From IMG/VR virus record IMGVR_UViG_3300026549_000076, positions 5,444 to 69,443 of that record: a stretch of 64,000 nucleotides of DNA. The stretch is one strand, 5' to 3'. Shown piece by piece: positions 43,487 through 53,227 of this stretch (position 1 is the first letter of the stretch; each line of letters begins with the position of its first letter). The position numbers and the translations under genes are program-made. Origin of the DNA: a virus. Lineage: Duplodnaviria > Caudoviricetes. The notes beneath the pieces are model-generated. The model worked only from the letters and a program-made list of their open reading frames with translations, was not told the origin of the DNA and did no database searches.

Positions 43487-43867
43487 TTATGAATCATACT
43501 CAGTATTTTGCTCTTCATCTAGAGATTTAATGTAAGTTAACTCATCAGATAAAGCAACATTTGCATCTAGTATCTTATGATACTCTTTATTCAAAGAATT
43601 ATAACTTGATAATAGTTTTCTATGTATATAACCTGGAACTAAATCCGCAGATTCAGTTGCTACAATATATTTTTTAGATAATTCATCATAATCATTAGAC
43701 AAACGCTTATAATCCTTACTAAGTTTCCTATACTCTTGTTTTAGAGTTTTATATTCTTTTATAAGATTAAAATAAAGAACCTTAGCATCACTATCTGTCA
43801 TAAAATTGTGTTCAACAACCTTCTCAGAAAAAGCATCTTCAAATAATTCATCTATATTATTCCACAT
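43487..43867 (-). CDS. Coiled-coil hypothetical protein
   Basis: Heptad-like YKxL repeats. Confidence 0.55.
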   Translation of the reverse strand: MWNNIDELFEDAFSEKVVEHNFMTDSDAKVLYFNLIKEYKTLKQEYRKLSKDYKRLSNDYDELSKKYIVATESADLVPGYIHRKLLSSYNSLNKEYHKILDANVALSDELTYIKSLDEEQNTEYDS

Positions 43868-43936
43868 AGAAAACCTCCTAACATAAAGAGAGCTTCAACA
43901 GCTCTCAATAAATCAACAAATAAAAATAAATTAGTA

Positions 43937-44506
43937 TCAAGAACTGAAATTAATATATTCTCTAATTATAGAACACTTCTTAAGTTTGGCTATATAAATA
44001 AAATAATTTACACCCATAGACTTAATTACTAATAAGAAAAATTCTACAAGGAACTTAGTATCTTTATGTAAAATTATATCTCCACTTTTCATTTTAACAT
44101 TCCAATAAAAATCATATGGTGCAGATTGTGTCCAAACCTTACCTGAATTCTTCATATAAACTTTACCTGAAGCAATCCAATCACAAAGCATTTCTAACAC
44201 ATAATTATAAGGTATCCTAATCGGTGTATTCTGATAACTAGATAAATTAGTTATCCAATACTCCCAATGATGTGGATTATGTCCTTTATGATGTTGCCAA
44301 ACATACGAAAAACCTTTCTCCTTAACTTCAGCATCAATAGGACTAGAACCACCTTGATAATACTTTACACTTGTCCAAAATTCAACTGGACTATACTTAG
44401 ATAAATCATGAAAAAGACCTTGTCGAATCAAACCCAAACGAAAACAATAATGTCTTACCCAATAACGATGTCTCATAATTGTCCACAAATGTTTGAGTAT
44501 CTTCAT
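43937..44506 (-). CDS. HD-like metal-binding protein (recalled as DUF5662)
   Basis: HDLSKYSPVEF, WQHHKGHNPHHWEYW, EMLCDW. Confidence 0.75.
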   Translation of the reverse strand: MKILKHLWTIMRHRYWVRHYCFRLGLIRQGLFHDLSKYSPVEFWTSVKYYQGGSSPIDAEVKEKGFSYVWQHHKGHNPHHWEYWITNLSSYQNTPIRIPYNYVLEMLCDWIASGKVYMKNSGKVWTQSAPYDFYWNVKMKSGDIILHKDTKFLVEFFLLVIKSMGVNYFIYIAKLKKCSIIREYINFSS

Positions 44507-44518
44507 ACAAGGACCTCC

Positions 44519-44662
44519 CTAATCTAAATTCTCTGGATCCGCATATTTATCACCATGATTTAAATATAAATCATATAAATATTTCATATAAGCATCATTA
44601 TCTTTATCTGCGTCTCCTTTAAAATCACTATATGCTTTATCCTCATAAAAATTATTCTGCAC
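44519..44662 (-). CDS. Possible small protein (47 aa), not in the ORF track
   Basis: GTG start with a weak AAGGA RBS. MQNNFYEDKAYSDFKGDADKDNDAYMKYLYDLYLNHGDKYADPENLD fills the gap exactly. Confidence 0.4.
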   Translation of the reverse strand: MQNNFYEDKAYSDFKGDADKDNDAYMKYLYDLYLNHGDKYADPENLD

Positions 44663-45623
44663 TTAAATTATCCTTGAAATAATCAAAAGTAAATTCACAA
44701 ATTTTGGAAATACTAGAAAAATCAAATAAAGCATCTGCCTTACCAACAGGACCAGATTTTGCAAACTTTTTAGTAACTGCATCTGTAAAATCTTTATACT
44801 CTTCAAGTCTATCTACTTCTGGACGAGTACCATAATAATTATATTTTAAACCAAACACTCCTTCAGCTTTACCTGGAACATTGGCTAGTACAGTAAACCA
44901 ACATGCTTTCTTATTAGGAATCTTAATAGTTAAAATATTTTTAGACATCCCTGTAACTCCTATAGGAACACCTGCATTAGTAAATTCATCTAAAAATTTA
45001 GTTACAATAGTTGCTAAGTCATGTTGCACTGTATCAACACTAGAATTTTTATTCTTATCTATAAGAGAATCTACTTTACTTCTAAATTCTTCTGGTGACA
45101 TACGCCCTATAAAAGTCTCAGAATCTAAAGTTTTATTTATCTTAAATACCTCACCTGTAGCCAAACCATAAGCAAAAGAAAAACCAGGTAAGTCTTTAAT
45201 ATTTGATACATTAGCAAAATTACCTAAACCATAATGATAAGCTTTAACAAATTCTAAATCACAATCTAAATCTTTAAAAGCTTTCTTAATTCCTAACTTA
45301 GCACGCCTTATATCATCATGTAAATCCTTCCTCAATCTATCAAGATCTTCTTGTTCTTCACGTTCCCTATCCTCATCAGTTTTAGACATCTCTTCCTTAG
45401 CAAGAGATTTCAAATCCTTTTTAGCAGAAGCTACAGAATAAGAATCACCTATTTCCATAACAATATCACTATTCTTCCCAAAATCTGTACCTGTCATATA
45501 AGCATGCATTAATTCCTCTAAATCATCTGCAGTCCTACAAGAAGAAACCTCTTTATAAATACTTTCCCAATCAGTAGTATCTGCTTCATTTAAATTATTT
45601 TTAATAGCTTCAAATAAATTCAT
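44652..45623 (-). CDS. MNLF-tag protein
   Basis: Starts MNLFEAIKNNLNEA. Confidence 0.55.
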   Translation of the reverse strand: MNLFEAIKNNLNEADTTDWESIYKEVSSCRTADDLEELMHAYMTGTDFGKNSDIVMEIGDSYSVASAKKDLKSLAKEEMSKTDEDREREEQEDLDRLRKDLHDDIRRAKLGIKKAFKDLDCDLEFVKAYHYGLGNFANVSNIKDLPGFSFAYGLATGEVFKINKTLDSETFIGRMSPEEFRSKVDSLIDKNKNSSVDTVQHDLATIVTKFLDEFTNAGVPIGVTGMSKNILTIKIPNKKACWFTVLANVPGKAEGVFGLKYNYYGTRPEVDRLEEYKDFTDAVTKKFAKSGPVGKADALFDFSSISKICEFTFDYFKDNLSAE

Positions 45624-45635
45624 AATAGAACCACC

Positions 45636-46199
45636 TTAATTAACTAATTTCTTTGCTTCATCTAAAGTAAGAATTTTATCACTAGTATAAGAATTATCAA
45701 AAAGTTTATTCTGACAATCCTCACAATAACCAGTCTTAATAAATTCTCTTTCTAAAGGATTTAAATCTGGAAAAATATCCTGGATAAAACCACCATCAGA
45801 AACATACTTATTATACTTAGCCGAATCTACATACATAATATGTTCCTTACCACACATAGGACATACTCTAGATACACCAGTATCCTTATTCACCATTGCT
45901 ACACGAAGTTCATTATCTATATTTATTTTTAAATTCTCAAATTCTTTATCTGACATTTTACCTAAATTATTTACATTAAACTTAAGTCTATTAATTTCAT
46001 TTCCTGATCTATCCTTAATACTGTACTCCATAAAATCATCATCACCTAAAGAAGAACCACACCAACTACCTACTAAACCACCAGATCTAATCTTTATTTT
46101 TTCTAATTCTCTAAATCTATCACTACTACGTTCAAAATCTTCTTCTGTATAATCATTTAAATCAGTACCATGTTTCTTAATAGATTCATACAAATTCAT
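45636..46199 (-). CDS. MNLY-tag protein with C-terminal Zn finger
   Basis: Starts MNLYESIKKH. CPMC...IQDIFPDLNPLEREFIKTGYCEDC. Confidence 0.55.
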   Translation of the reverse strand: MNLYESIKKHGTDLNDYTEEDFERSSDRFRELEKIKIRSGGLVGSWCGSSLGDDDFMEYSIKDRSGNEINRLKFNVNNLGKMSDKEFENLKINIDNELRVAMVNKDTGVSRVCPMCGKEHIMYVDSAKYNKYVSDGGFIQDIFPDLNPLEREFIKTGYCEDCQNKLFDNSYTSDKILTLDEAKKLVN

Positions 46200-46213
46200 A
46201 ATATCACCACCAA

Positions 46214-47179
46214 TTAAAAATTACCTACAACAGTTTCCCAGAATTCATCAGTAGTAGAATCAAAATCTTCATTCCTTAATTGATACATAACAACTTGACA
46301 AAATCTTCTCCAAACTTCTTCTTGATAAAATTCATCTAAATCATCTGCCATAGAAGAAATAAAGCCACTATGACTACTATACTTATCCTTCAAGAAATCC
46401 TTAAAACCTTCTTCTTTAACAGTTCTTTCAAGAACATCTTTAAACTCAGAAGGACTCACAGAAACAGTAAAATCTAGTTCATCAGTTGAATAATTATAAT
46501 ACTTAGGATGATAAACTGAAGGATTACTTACCTTAGCACTAGGAAAAACTTTTTTAATATAATTCTCTACAATAGGAACTCCAAATTGAATAACAACTTT
46601 ATCTAAATCCTCCATAGTAGGTTGTTCCTCTTCTGGAACATCTTGATTAATATAATCACTCCAAATGTAATCTTCTCTTCCATAAGTACCAACATCTAAC
46701 ACAGGTAAAACTTCTGTATTAATTTCAAAGGTAGTACTAGAATCATCTGCCTCGCAAAGTGAGGATTCATGTAAATTATTATCAACCAAAGTATTAACAA
46801 AAGAAGCTAAAGAGTACGCACTTGGATAACTCCATTTAAAATCCAACATAATGTAACTCTCATTAGAAAGCCCACCTCCATTAACTTTATCAATAGAACT
46901 AGGTATAACCTTACCTACAAAGAAATCTGAATCAATTGATGCAGTTCCTAACTTATCAAAGTTATCACAATATTCTACATCAACTCCATCTTTAGAGAAA
47001 CGATAATGTCCATACTTAGCACTACTATCATCATAGCTCCATCCAAAATCCTTGAAATTTTTAATTAATTCCTCTACATAGTCATGCATAAGTTTTCCAT
47101 ACTTTTCATCATACTCAGAATCTTCACCCCAAAGAGTACCTTCTTTAAGATTAAATTTAATTGTTTTAAATAAATTCAT
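46214..47179 (-). CDS. MNLF-tag protein, two modules
   Basis: Start set at MNLFKTIKFNLKEG (RBS GAGGTG). Internal LHES/LCEA boundary. Second module HPKYYNYSTD..SSHSGFIS. Confidence 0.55.
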   Translation of the reverse strand: MNLFKTIKFNLKEGTLWGEDSEYDEKYGKLMHDYVEELIKNFKDFGWSYDDSSAKYGHYRFSKDGVDVEYCDNFDKLGTASIDSDFFVGKVIPSSIDKVNGGGLSNESYIMLDFKWSYPSAYSLASFVNTLVDNNLHESSLCEADDSSTTFEINTEVLPVLDVGTYGREDYIWSDYINQDVPEEEQPTMEDLDKVVIQFGVPIVENYIKKVFPSAKVSNPSVYHPKYYNYSTDELDFTVSVSPSEFKDVLERTVKEEGFKDFLKDKYSSHSGFISSMADDLDEFYQEEVWRRFCQVVMYQLRNEDFDSTTDEFWETVVGNF

Positions 47180-47191
47180 AAAGTAACACCT

Positions 47192-47209
47192 CACTATTAA
47201 ATAAGAAAA
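47192..47209 (-). promoter_or_regulatory. Candidate late promoter TTTTCT-TATTTAA-TAGTG
   Basis: Heads the MNL cluster embedded in the replication region, directly after a terminator. Confidence 0.5.
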
Positions 47210-47237
47210 GTTACACCTAATAAAACAAGTGTAACTT
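47203..47237 (-). terminator. Terminator hairpin
   Basis: AAGTTACAC...GTGTAACTT followed by TTCTT on the minus strand. Confidence 0.6.
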
Positions 47238-47245
47238 CCTTAAAA

Positions 47246-47707
47246 CTACTTAGTTTTCTTTGCAACAGGTTCAATTTTAATTGAACTTGATCTAGCAGAA
47301 GTTTTACTATACTTAGCAGCTAATTCAGGTAAATCAGCTTTAAATGCTTTAGTATCAATTGATGTAGTTGTAGTAGCAGAAGTATATGTAATCTTTAATA
47401 AATTAGTTTTAAAACTTCCCCATTTATTATCTTCAATAAAAGATTTAATATAGGACTTCTTTTCATCTACCTTAGCTTGTAATTCCGCCAAAGCAATTAA
47501 ATCATTATAAAGTTCTTTCTCATACTCATCAGTAATAGAAATAGTTTTACCTCTCTCATCTGTTGTAGATTCAACAAAGAATAAAGGCTCCTCACTAATA
47601 ACTGGAGGTTGAATGTCCTCCACAATATTGGTAATATTAGTTTCTATCTCAACTAAACTATCATTAGAAACCAAGTCATTTAACTTTTGTAAATCTTCTT
47701 CTCTCAT
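47246..47707 (-). CDS. Hypothetical phage protein
   Basis: Start set at MREED. The C-terminal IDTKAFKADLPELAAKYSK..SSSIKI pattern is common in phage recombination-associated proteins. Confidence 0.5.
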   Translation of the reverse strand: MREEDLQKLNDLVSNDSLVEIETNITNIVEDIQPPVISEEPLFFVESTTDERGKTISITDEYEKELYNDLIALAELQAKVDEKKSYIKSFIEDNKWGSFKTNLLKITYTSATTTTSIDTKAFKADLPELAAKYSKTSARSSSIKIEPVAKKTK

Positions 47708-47762
47708 ATTAAATCCTCCCCCACTCAATATATGAATATTATACCATAAAATAACATAATTA

Positions 47763-48404
47763 TCAACTTAACTCCTTAGCCTCTTCAAGTCTAGGAAGTA
47801 AGTCAATTAACTTAGATTTAAGTTCTCCATCATCAGAAAACTTATAAAACTGATGTAAAGCATAAATGAAAGAATCCGCCTCACCATCAGTAATAGTTCT
47901 TCGTCTCTGCCAACGATTACCAACCTTAACTTCCTTAGTATCAGCTTCCTCCATTTTACTAACACAATAACCATGTTCAACAAACAAAGGTAAAATCTGA
48001 TCTTCAATTAAAAAGATAGTCTTCTCCTTAGCAGATGACTTATGTCCTGTAACCTTAGTAATAGTACTAGGTGAATATAAATCAAGATTATCATAATCTA
48101 CACTATCAAGATAACTATATAAATGAAAATCCAAAGCATATAACTCTAAAGCAAAATAACCTGTATATACTGTAGTAACTTCTTCTCCATAATACATATG
48201 AAAACCTGAACTAGCATAAAAATCATAAAGAAAAGAATCTACTTGAGAACACAATGAATCAATTGCATTAAACTTACTTAAAGTACTATGTTTATCAATT
48301 ACAGTAGAAAACTGATTAAAAACTATATTCTTATAACCTTCATCAATAACAGAAATACCAAAAGCAGTGAAAGAAGGATCAAAACCTACATAGCAATTAC
48401 TCAT
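47763..48404 (-). CDS. RuvC-like Holliday junction resolvase
   Basis: YVGFDPSFTAFGISV, YGEE, GHKSSAKEK, DGEADS. Confidence 0.72.
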   Translation of the reverse strand: MSNCYVGFDPSFTAFGISVIDEGYKNIVFNQFSTVIDKHSTLSKFNAIDSLCSQVDSFLYDFYASSGFHMYYGEEVTTVYTGYFALELYALDFHLYSYLDSVDYDNLDLYSPSTITKVTGHKSSAKEKTIFLIEDQILPLFVEHGYCVSKMEEADTKEVKVGNRWQRRRTITDGEADSFIYALHQFYKFSDDGELKSKLIDLLPRLEEAKELS

Positions 48405-48633
48405 GTAATTTCTCTCCACAATAACTACAGAAATTGTCTTTAATATGTACCTCAGTATTACACTTAGGACAATTAGTAAGAACATTATCCTTAGAAACAA
48501 TAACCTTACCATCCACAATAGCCAACGAAACATTGGAATCTTCTTCCCAACCCAAACCTCTTAAGAAACTCTTTGGTATACAAACTCTACCTAAAGAATC
48601 TAACTTAACATTATGTCTAGTAATATCTTCCAT
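48397..48633 (-). CDS. AbrB/SpoVT-family regulator with zinc ribbon
   Basis: KLDSLGRVCIPKSFLRGLGW, then CPKC...CSYCG. Confidence 0.82.
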   Translation of the reverse strand: MEDITRHNVKLDSLGRVCIPKSFLRGLGWEEDSNVSLAIVDGKVIVSKDNVLTNCPKCNTEVHIKDNFCSYCGEKLHE

Positions 48634-48643
48634 AACATACCTC

Positions 48644-49021
48644 CTAATTAACAAACTTAGATAAATGTAAACATTCTACTTTAGGATAAATCTTTCTCAT
48701 ATTCCAAAGTCTAGAAGAATTGGAATCTATAAAAGTAGAAACAGTACCTAAAGTAGGACAATCAGTAAGAACCTGACTGAAATTTACATAAGGAATAAAG
48801 ATGAACTTACATTTAAGTAAATCTTCATTAGATGCAATAAGTTGTTCAAACTTAAATTGCTCCTCCTTATCCTTAATACTTATTATACAATACACAGTGG
48901 AATACTTACCACAAATTTCACGAATTAAACCCTCATTTAGAGTTGCATTCACAATATCAGTACTGTACAAGTCTACTTGAGAAAAAACCCCCACAAACCA
49001 AACTAAAACAGTATTTTCCAT
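48644..49021 (-). CDS. Hypothetical protein
   Basis: Tightly packed ORF. No motif recognised. Confidence 0.55.
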   Translation of the reverse strand: MENTVLVWFVGVFSQVDLYSTDIVNATLNEGLIREICGKYSTVYCIISIKDKEEQFKFEQLIASNEDLLKCKFIFIPYVNFSQVLTDCPTLGTVSTFIDSNSSRLWNMRKIYPKVECLHLSKFVN

Positions 49022-49024
49022 AAA

Positions 49025-50230
49025 TTAATCACCACACTTCATACTAGATAAGTAAGTTAAATCATAGACACACTTATCAAAAGATTTGTCTAATCTCCAA
49101 ACTATCAATCTAGGATGTATCATTTCTAAATTAGTATTTAAACCATCACATACAAACTCAGCTACATGATGATAAAAACCTTCATTAAGTATTATGCTTC
49201 CATCAACAGCATATCTAGTTAATTTAATAGATAACTCTCTAGAAACACCTAACTTACAAAACAACTTATCATATTCAATAGTTCCCTGATTATCAACCCC
49301 TATACTAAAAAGTAAAGTAGAAATCATATTGTTATCACCAACAAGGAAACCAGACACATAGGCATCTAAAGTATCATTAAGATTAACTGTACCAACAGAA
49401 ACAGGCTTAATCTTCAACCAACTAGTAGAACGCTTAAATTCATACTTAGAATTTAAATCCTTAACAACTACACCTTCACCCCCAGAATCAACTATCTTAT
49501 AATAAAACTCTTCTTTAGATTCAATAGAAGAAATAGTTTCAACTGGTTCAAAAGTATAACACAAATTCAAATCAAAGAAATAATTAAATAAGTTCTTTCT
49601 AGTACGATATGACAAATTAGTAATATCCTCTCCACCAGAAACTAAACAATCTAATAAAATAAACTTAACATCATCTGGTGAGAAAACTTCTTTATTAACT
49701 ATAGTATCTTCAAAGAAAGTATTAATATCTTCATTAATAGTGTCATTCTTAAAAACCAACTCAGTATCTAAAACAAAACTATGTAAATTAATAGACTTGA
49801 TTGAATTAAGTAACATTACATTAAATGCCTTTGTATAACTTATAGGTAACATAGTAGATTCATCTAAACCTCTAGTAAAAATCTCTAATTTTTGAGTATC
49901 CTCATCATAAAATAAAATTAATCTAACTCCATTATATTTACGTTCAAAAATCCATTTATCTGAATACTCTGACCAAACTTCCTTCTGAAGAGCTTCAGAT
50001 TGTGAAGATAACAAAGTAGCCAACATAGGAGTTTTATGTTTAACCATAAAGTCAACACCCTTAGAATATCTACCCTCTGACTTCCAAAGATTAATATAAT
50101 GTTCTTGAATTGCTTTAACACAATCATTAACTGAAAGTTCATACCTATCTGGATTGAGTCTATGTTTAGTAGGCTTAGGATTTAAACCCATAGCATCACA
50201 CATCATTTTTAAATCATGTAACTTCTTCAT
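49025..50230 (-). CDS. ATP-dependent DNA ligase
   Basis: PMLA, FERKYNGVR (motif I variant), LDTEL, EGVVVK, WLKIKP, HPRLIVWRLDK. Confidence 0.88.
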   Translation of the reverse strand: MKKLHDLKMMCDAMGLNPKPTKHRLNPDRYELSVNDCVKAIQEHYINLWKSEGRYSKGVDFMVKHKTPMLATLLSSQSEALQKEVWSEYSDKWIFERKYNGVRLILFYDEDTQKLEIFTRGLDESTMLPISYTKAFNVMLLNSIKSINLHSFVLDTELVFKNDTINEDINTFFEDTIVNKEVFSPDDVKFILLDCLVSGGEDITNLSYRTRKNLFNYFFDLNLCYTFEPVETISSIESKEEFYYKIVDSGGEGVVVKDLNSKYEFKRSTSWLKIKPVSVGTVNLNDTLDAYVSGFLVGDNNMISTLLFSIGVDNQGTIEYDKLFCKLGVSRELSIKLTRYAVDGSIILNEGFYHHVAEFVCDGLNTNLEMIHPRLIVWRLDKSFDKCVYDLTYLSSMKCGD

Positions 50231-50234
50231 GAAA

Positions 50235-50555
50235 CTAACCTCCAGTATTCTCTAGAAAAAACTTAAACAAGGCTCTCAAAATTGTATTATACAATTCAGG
50301 AGTCATTGGTTCATCTGAATCAACAAACTCTTCTAAATTAACTCCTGAAATATTAGATAACTCCTTAATAGTTAATCCTGATAAATTAAGTAAATTATCC
50401 ACAGAAGCAACACTTAAATAATCATTATAAGTTTTAACAAAATTCTTAATAACTGAACTATTAACATTTCTTAAGAAACCTATATCGTTAGTTAAATCAA
50501 GAATATTCTGTTTTAATCCTTCAACAAAATTCTTATCCTTCTTCCCCAAAATCAT
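50235..50555 (-). CDS. Hypothetical protein, possible HTH
   Basis: LSGLTIKELSNISGV resembles an HTH segment. Confidence 0.45.
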   Translation of the reverse strand: MILGKKDKNFVEGLKQNILDLTNDIGFLRNVNSSVIKNFVKTYNDYLSVASVDNLLNLSGLTIKELSNISGVNLEEFVDSDEPMTPELYNTILRALFKFFLENTGG

Positions 50556-50566
50556 TCTAATTCCCC

Positions 50567-51115
50567 CTACAAAAGTTTAATATATCTATTAAATGAACTT
50601 GCACCTTTAGTTTCCAAAAGATTCTTGCAAAGATAGAAATATTCTGGACAATACTTCATCGACTCTTCTTCAAGTACGTGTATATTTGAAAAATCAAAAT
50701 CTGACTCACGATTCTTAATAAAATCACCTAAAGACTCACTCTTATAACTATTATCCACTGGTACCTTAATAATAACTTTACATCTAGAAATAATAGTATC
50801 CAAAATACAATCTTCACTTGCAAGTAGCAATATAGGACAATAAGACTCTTCAAGAAACTTAAGTAGAGCCGCCTGACCTTTAATACCTATACGAGATAAA
50901 TCCTCAACAACAACTAACTTATCCAAAGGAACACTAAATTTCGCAACAAATTCTCGAGTCTCTTCAACATTAGTGATTGTATAATAAGAACCTCTCATCA
51001 TCTGCTTAACTAATTTAGCTGCATACCCAATAACCAAAGTAATACGATTAGTAAGTAATTTATCTACAGTTAATTCTTGTGCCAAATACTTCTTAGCATC
51101 AACAACACTAGACAT
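50567..51115 (-). CDS. Clamp-loader small subunit (delta-prime/HolB-like, degenerate AAA+)
   Basis: VVEDLSRIGIKGQAALLKFLEE..LLLASE..DTIISRC. Confidence 0.7.
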   Translation of the reverse strand: MSSVVDAKKYLAQELTVDKLLTNRITLVIGYAAKLVKQMMRGSYYTITNVEETREFVAKFSVPLDKLVVVEDLSRIGIKGQAALLKFLEESYCPILLLASEDCILDTIISRCKVIIKVPVDNSYKSESLGDFIKNRESDFDFSNIHVLEEESMKYCPEYFYLCKNLLETKGASSFNRYIKLL

Positions 51116-51419
51116 TAGAATCCTCTATAAAATCAAAAATAGTTGTTTGAACTGGTTCATTAAGAGAATAACACTTATTTTCAAATTTCTTATATACATC
51201 CAAATAAAGTTCTTTCTTATCTGAATTATAAGTAACTTCATAATACATTCCATCTAACAAAGTTGTACTAACTAATGCCTTCATATTTCCTAAAGTATAA
51301 TTAAACCAAACAATATAAGCTTCAAGAACTTCTGAAACAGTATCTGATTTATCTAAATGTTCTAAAGCATACCCCTTAACTAAATCCTTAGCTTTAATAA
51401 AAAATTCTTCACTCTTCAT
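51108..51419 (-). CDS. Conserved phage protein (recalled as DUF6275)
   Basis: YIVWFNYTLGNMKALVST..DGMYYEVTYN..KELYLDVYKKFEN. Confidence 0.7.
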   Translation of the reverse strand: MKSEEFFIKAKDLVKGYALEHLDKSDTVSEVLEAYIVWFNYTLGNMKALVSTTLLDGMYYEVTYNSDKKELYLDVYKKFENKCYSLNEPVQTTIFDFIEDSNV

Positions 51420-51478
51420 AAAAACCTCCTAAAATAAAAGACATATTATTTACTATGTCTTTGTTAATTATGAAAAAT

Positions 51479-51721
51479 TCACCTAGAATTAAACCTTTTA
51501 TCTATGATATACACCTTATATCTTTTCAACTTATCATAATAAATAAATTCTAATACTGAATGAATAAGTTTAGCATCACTTAAAAAGTCTACATATTTCG
51601 GAAATAAAATAGTTGAACCATTTCCTATATACATATCCTTAACAGTATCTAAAACTTTAACTTCATTTGAATTTAGTATCCCTTTAATTCTACTAAACAT
51701 AATCAATACCTGAACGTTCAC
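51479..51721 (-). CDS. Hypothetical protein
   Basis: Short ORF. Start uncertain. Confidence 0.4.
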   Translation of the reverse strand: MNVQVLIMFSRIKGILNSNEVKVLDTVKDMYIGNGSTILFPKYVDFLSDAKLIHSVLEFIYYDKLKRYKVYIIDKRFNSR

Positions 51722-52133
51722 TTCTACGTGAAGTTACATCTAATAAAGGGAAATACAAATCAAGAGATGTAATCAAATAATTAATAATGTGATTTAAATT
51801 AGGCTCTATCTGATCATATACACTTAACTTATAACATTCATCAGTTACCTTTAAATTCAAATTTCCTAAAGACATTTCAAAATTAGCATCCCCTGAGAAT
51901 CTATAAGTTAAGTAACTCCTACAAAAGTTATAAAAATCATCTGCAGAAGAAATACAATTAAATGTATTAGGCTTACTACCTGAATAAGTAAGTCTCTTAA
52001 ATAATTCTTCTGCATCAATATAAGCAAGAATATTTATATACACAGGTCTCTTATTATTAAAATCCCAATTAATACAATACCAAGTTAAAGTATTAAAATA
52101 CTTAACAAAAGCTTTCTTAGTTTTATATTTCAT
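51693..52133 (-). CDS. Hypothetical phage protein
   Basis: Has an RBS and overlaps its neighbours by operon-style junctions. Confidence 0.55.
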   Translation of the reverse strand: MKYKTKKAFVKYFNTLTWYCINWDFNNKRPVYINILAYIDAEELFKRLTYSGSKPNTFNCISSADDFYNFCRSYLTYRFSGDANFEMSLGNLNLKVTDECYKLSVYDQIEPNLNHIINYLITSLDLYFPLLDVTSRRSERSGIDYV

Positions 52134-52864
52134 GACTTCCTCACTCCTCTCGTAAGATCAAAAATAAAATTCAAAAGTCTAAGTGTGCCAGAATCTACAT
52201 TAGAATCTAACAACCTATACACAGCATAATTAATATTACCTCCATGAGAATTCATAAAACTCAACCTAGTAGAATATACTTTACTATTATTAGAATTAGT
52301 AATATTAATATCTTTAGAATTATTAATAAAAGTAATAAAATTAGACTCAAGATATCCTACATCTCCAGTCGAATCCAAAAGTTCAAAAAACCTAGGAATC
52401 AACTTAACTAAATTAGAAAGATTATTAATTATCTCAAGAAATAATGAATTATTAGATAACTCCTTATCTGGAACTATACCTAAAAGAAGAATAAACTTCA
52501 AATTATAATAAAAAGTTTTATCATCCCAAAGTTTCAATAACTCACGTTCTTCGAAATACTTAGGAATTGGTTTACCTATATAATCAAAAACACATTCTAA
52601 TAAAGTTTGTCTATCAAGTAAATCAATCCCAGAAGTAGCAACAATAATATGTGGATTAGATTTATCCTTTACAGAGTTAATCCATTTAATATCTCCTATA
52701 TAGATAAAAGAATCCTCTGGATAAATATCAAAAACTCCTTTAACTAATCTAAAATCAGGATACATAATCTTAAGAATACTGATGACATCATCATCTAAAA
52801 CCCACTTGTTATTAACACTCTTCCAACCAATAACTTGTTGTCCAATTAAACTAGTTGCGCTCAT
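52130..52864 (-). CDS. Hypothetical protein, possible clamp-loader delta-like subunit
   Basis: Size and context near HolB-like and DnaX genes only. No decisive motif. Confidence 0.3.
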   Translation of the reverse strand: MSATSLIGQQVIGWKSVNNKWVLDDDVISILKIMYPDFRLVKGVFDIYPEDSFIYIGDIKWINSVKDKSNPHIIVATSGIDLLDRQTLLECVFDYIGKPIPKYFEERELLKLWDDKTFYYNLKFILLLGIVPDKELSNNSLFLEIINNLSNLVKLIPRFFELLDSTGDVGYLESNFITFINNSKDINITNSNNSKVYSTRLSFMNSHGGNINYAVYRLLDSNVDSGTLRLLNFIFDLTRGVRKS

Positions 52865-53198
52865 TAGAAGAAACTCCTCCTAAATCAGTAACCATAGAAT
52901 TCAACATCTTTATGTGTTTATTAACTGAATCCCGTGTATAAGATAAAATCTTTTTATCATCTTCCTTCAAAACATTTTCAGAAAGTACATCAGAAAACAA
53001 ATCTGAAGTAGCTTGTAAAACTCCTACATAAGATGTTATAATAGAAACTAATTTATCTGGATTCATCACAGATTGAACTTGAACTGAATTCATAATTATA
53101 CCCATATAATGTTTAAATAAAATATCTCTCACAGCAAAAAGTATTAACAACGATAAACATACTCCAAAAATGATACCTAAAAATATTGATGTGTCCAT
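52851..53198 (-). CDS. Hypothetical protein with N-terminal transmembrane helix
   Basis: IFLGIIFGVCLSLLILFAV followed by a helical region. Confidence 0.55.
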   Translation of the reverse strand: MDTSIFLGIIFGVCLSLLILFAVRDILFKHYMGIIMNSVQVQSVMNPDKLVSIITSYVGVLQATSDLFSDVLSENVLKEDDKKILSYTRDSVNKHIKMLNSMVTDLGGVSSNERN

Positions 53199-53227
53199 AT
53201 AATCCCCTCCAATTATAATTATGAAAA

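Noticed and set aside
52851-53198. Holin or small terminase call for the TM-containing ORF after terminase
   Set aside because: A single hydrophobic helix and gene position are not enough support.
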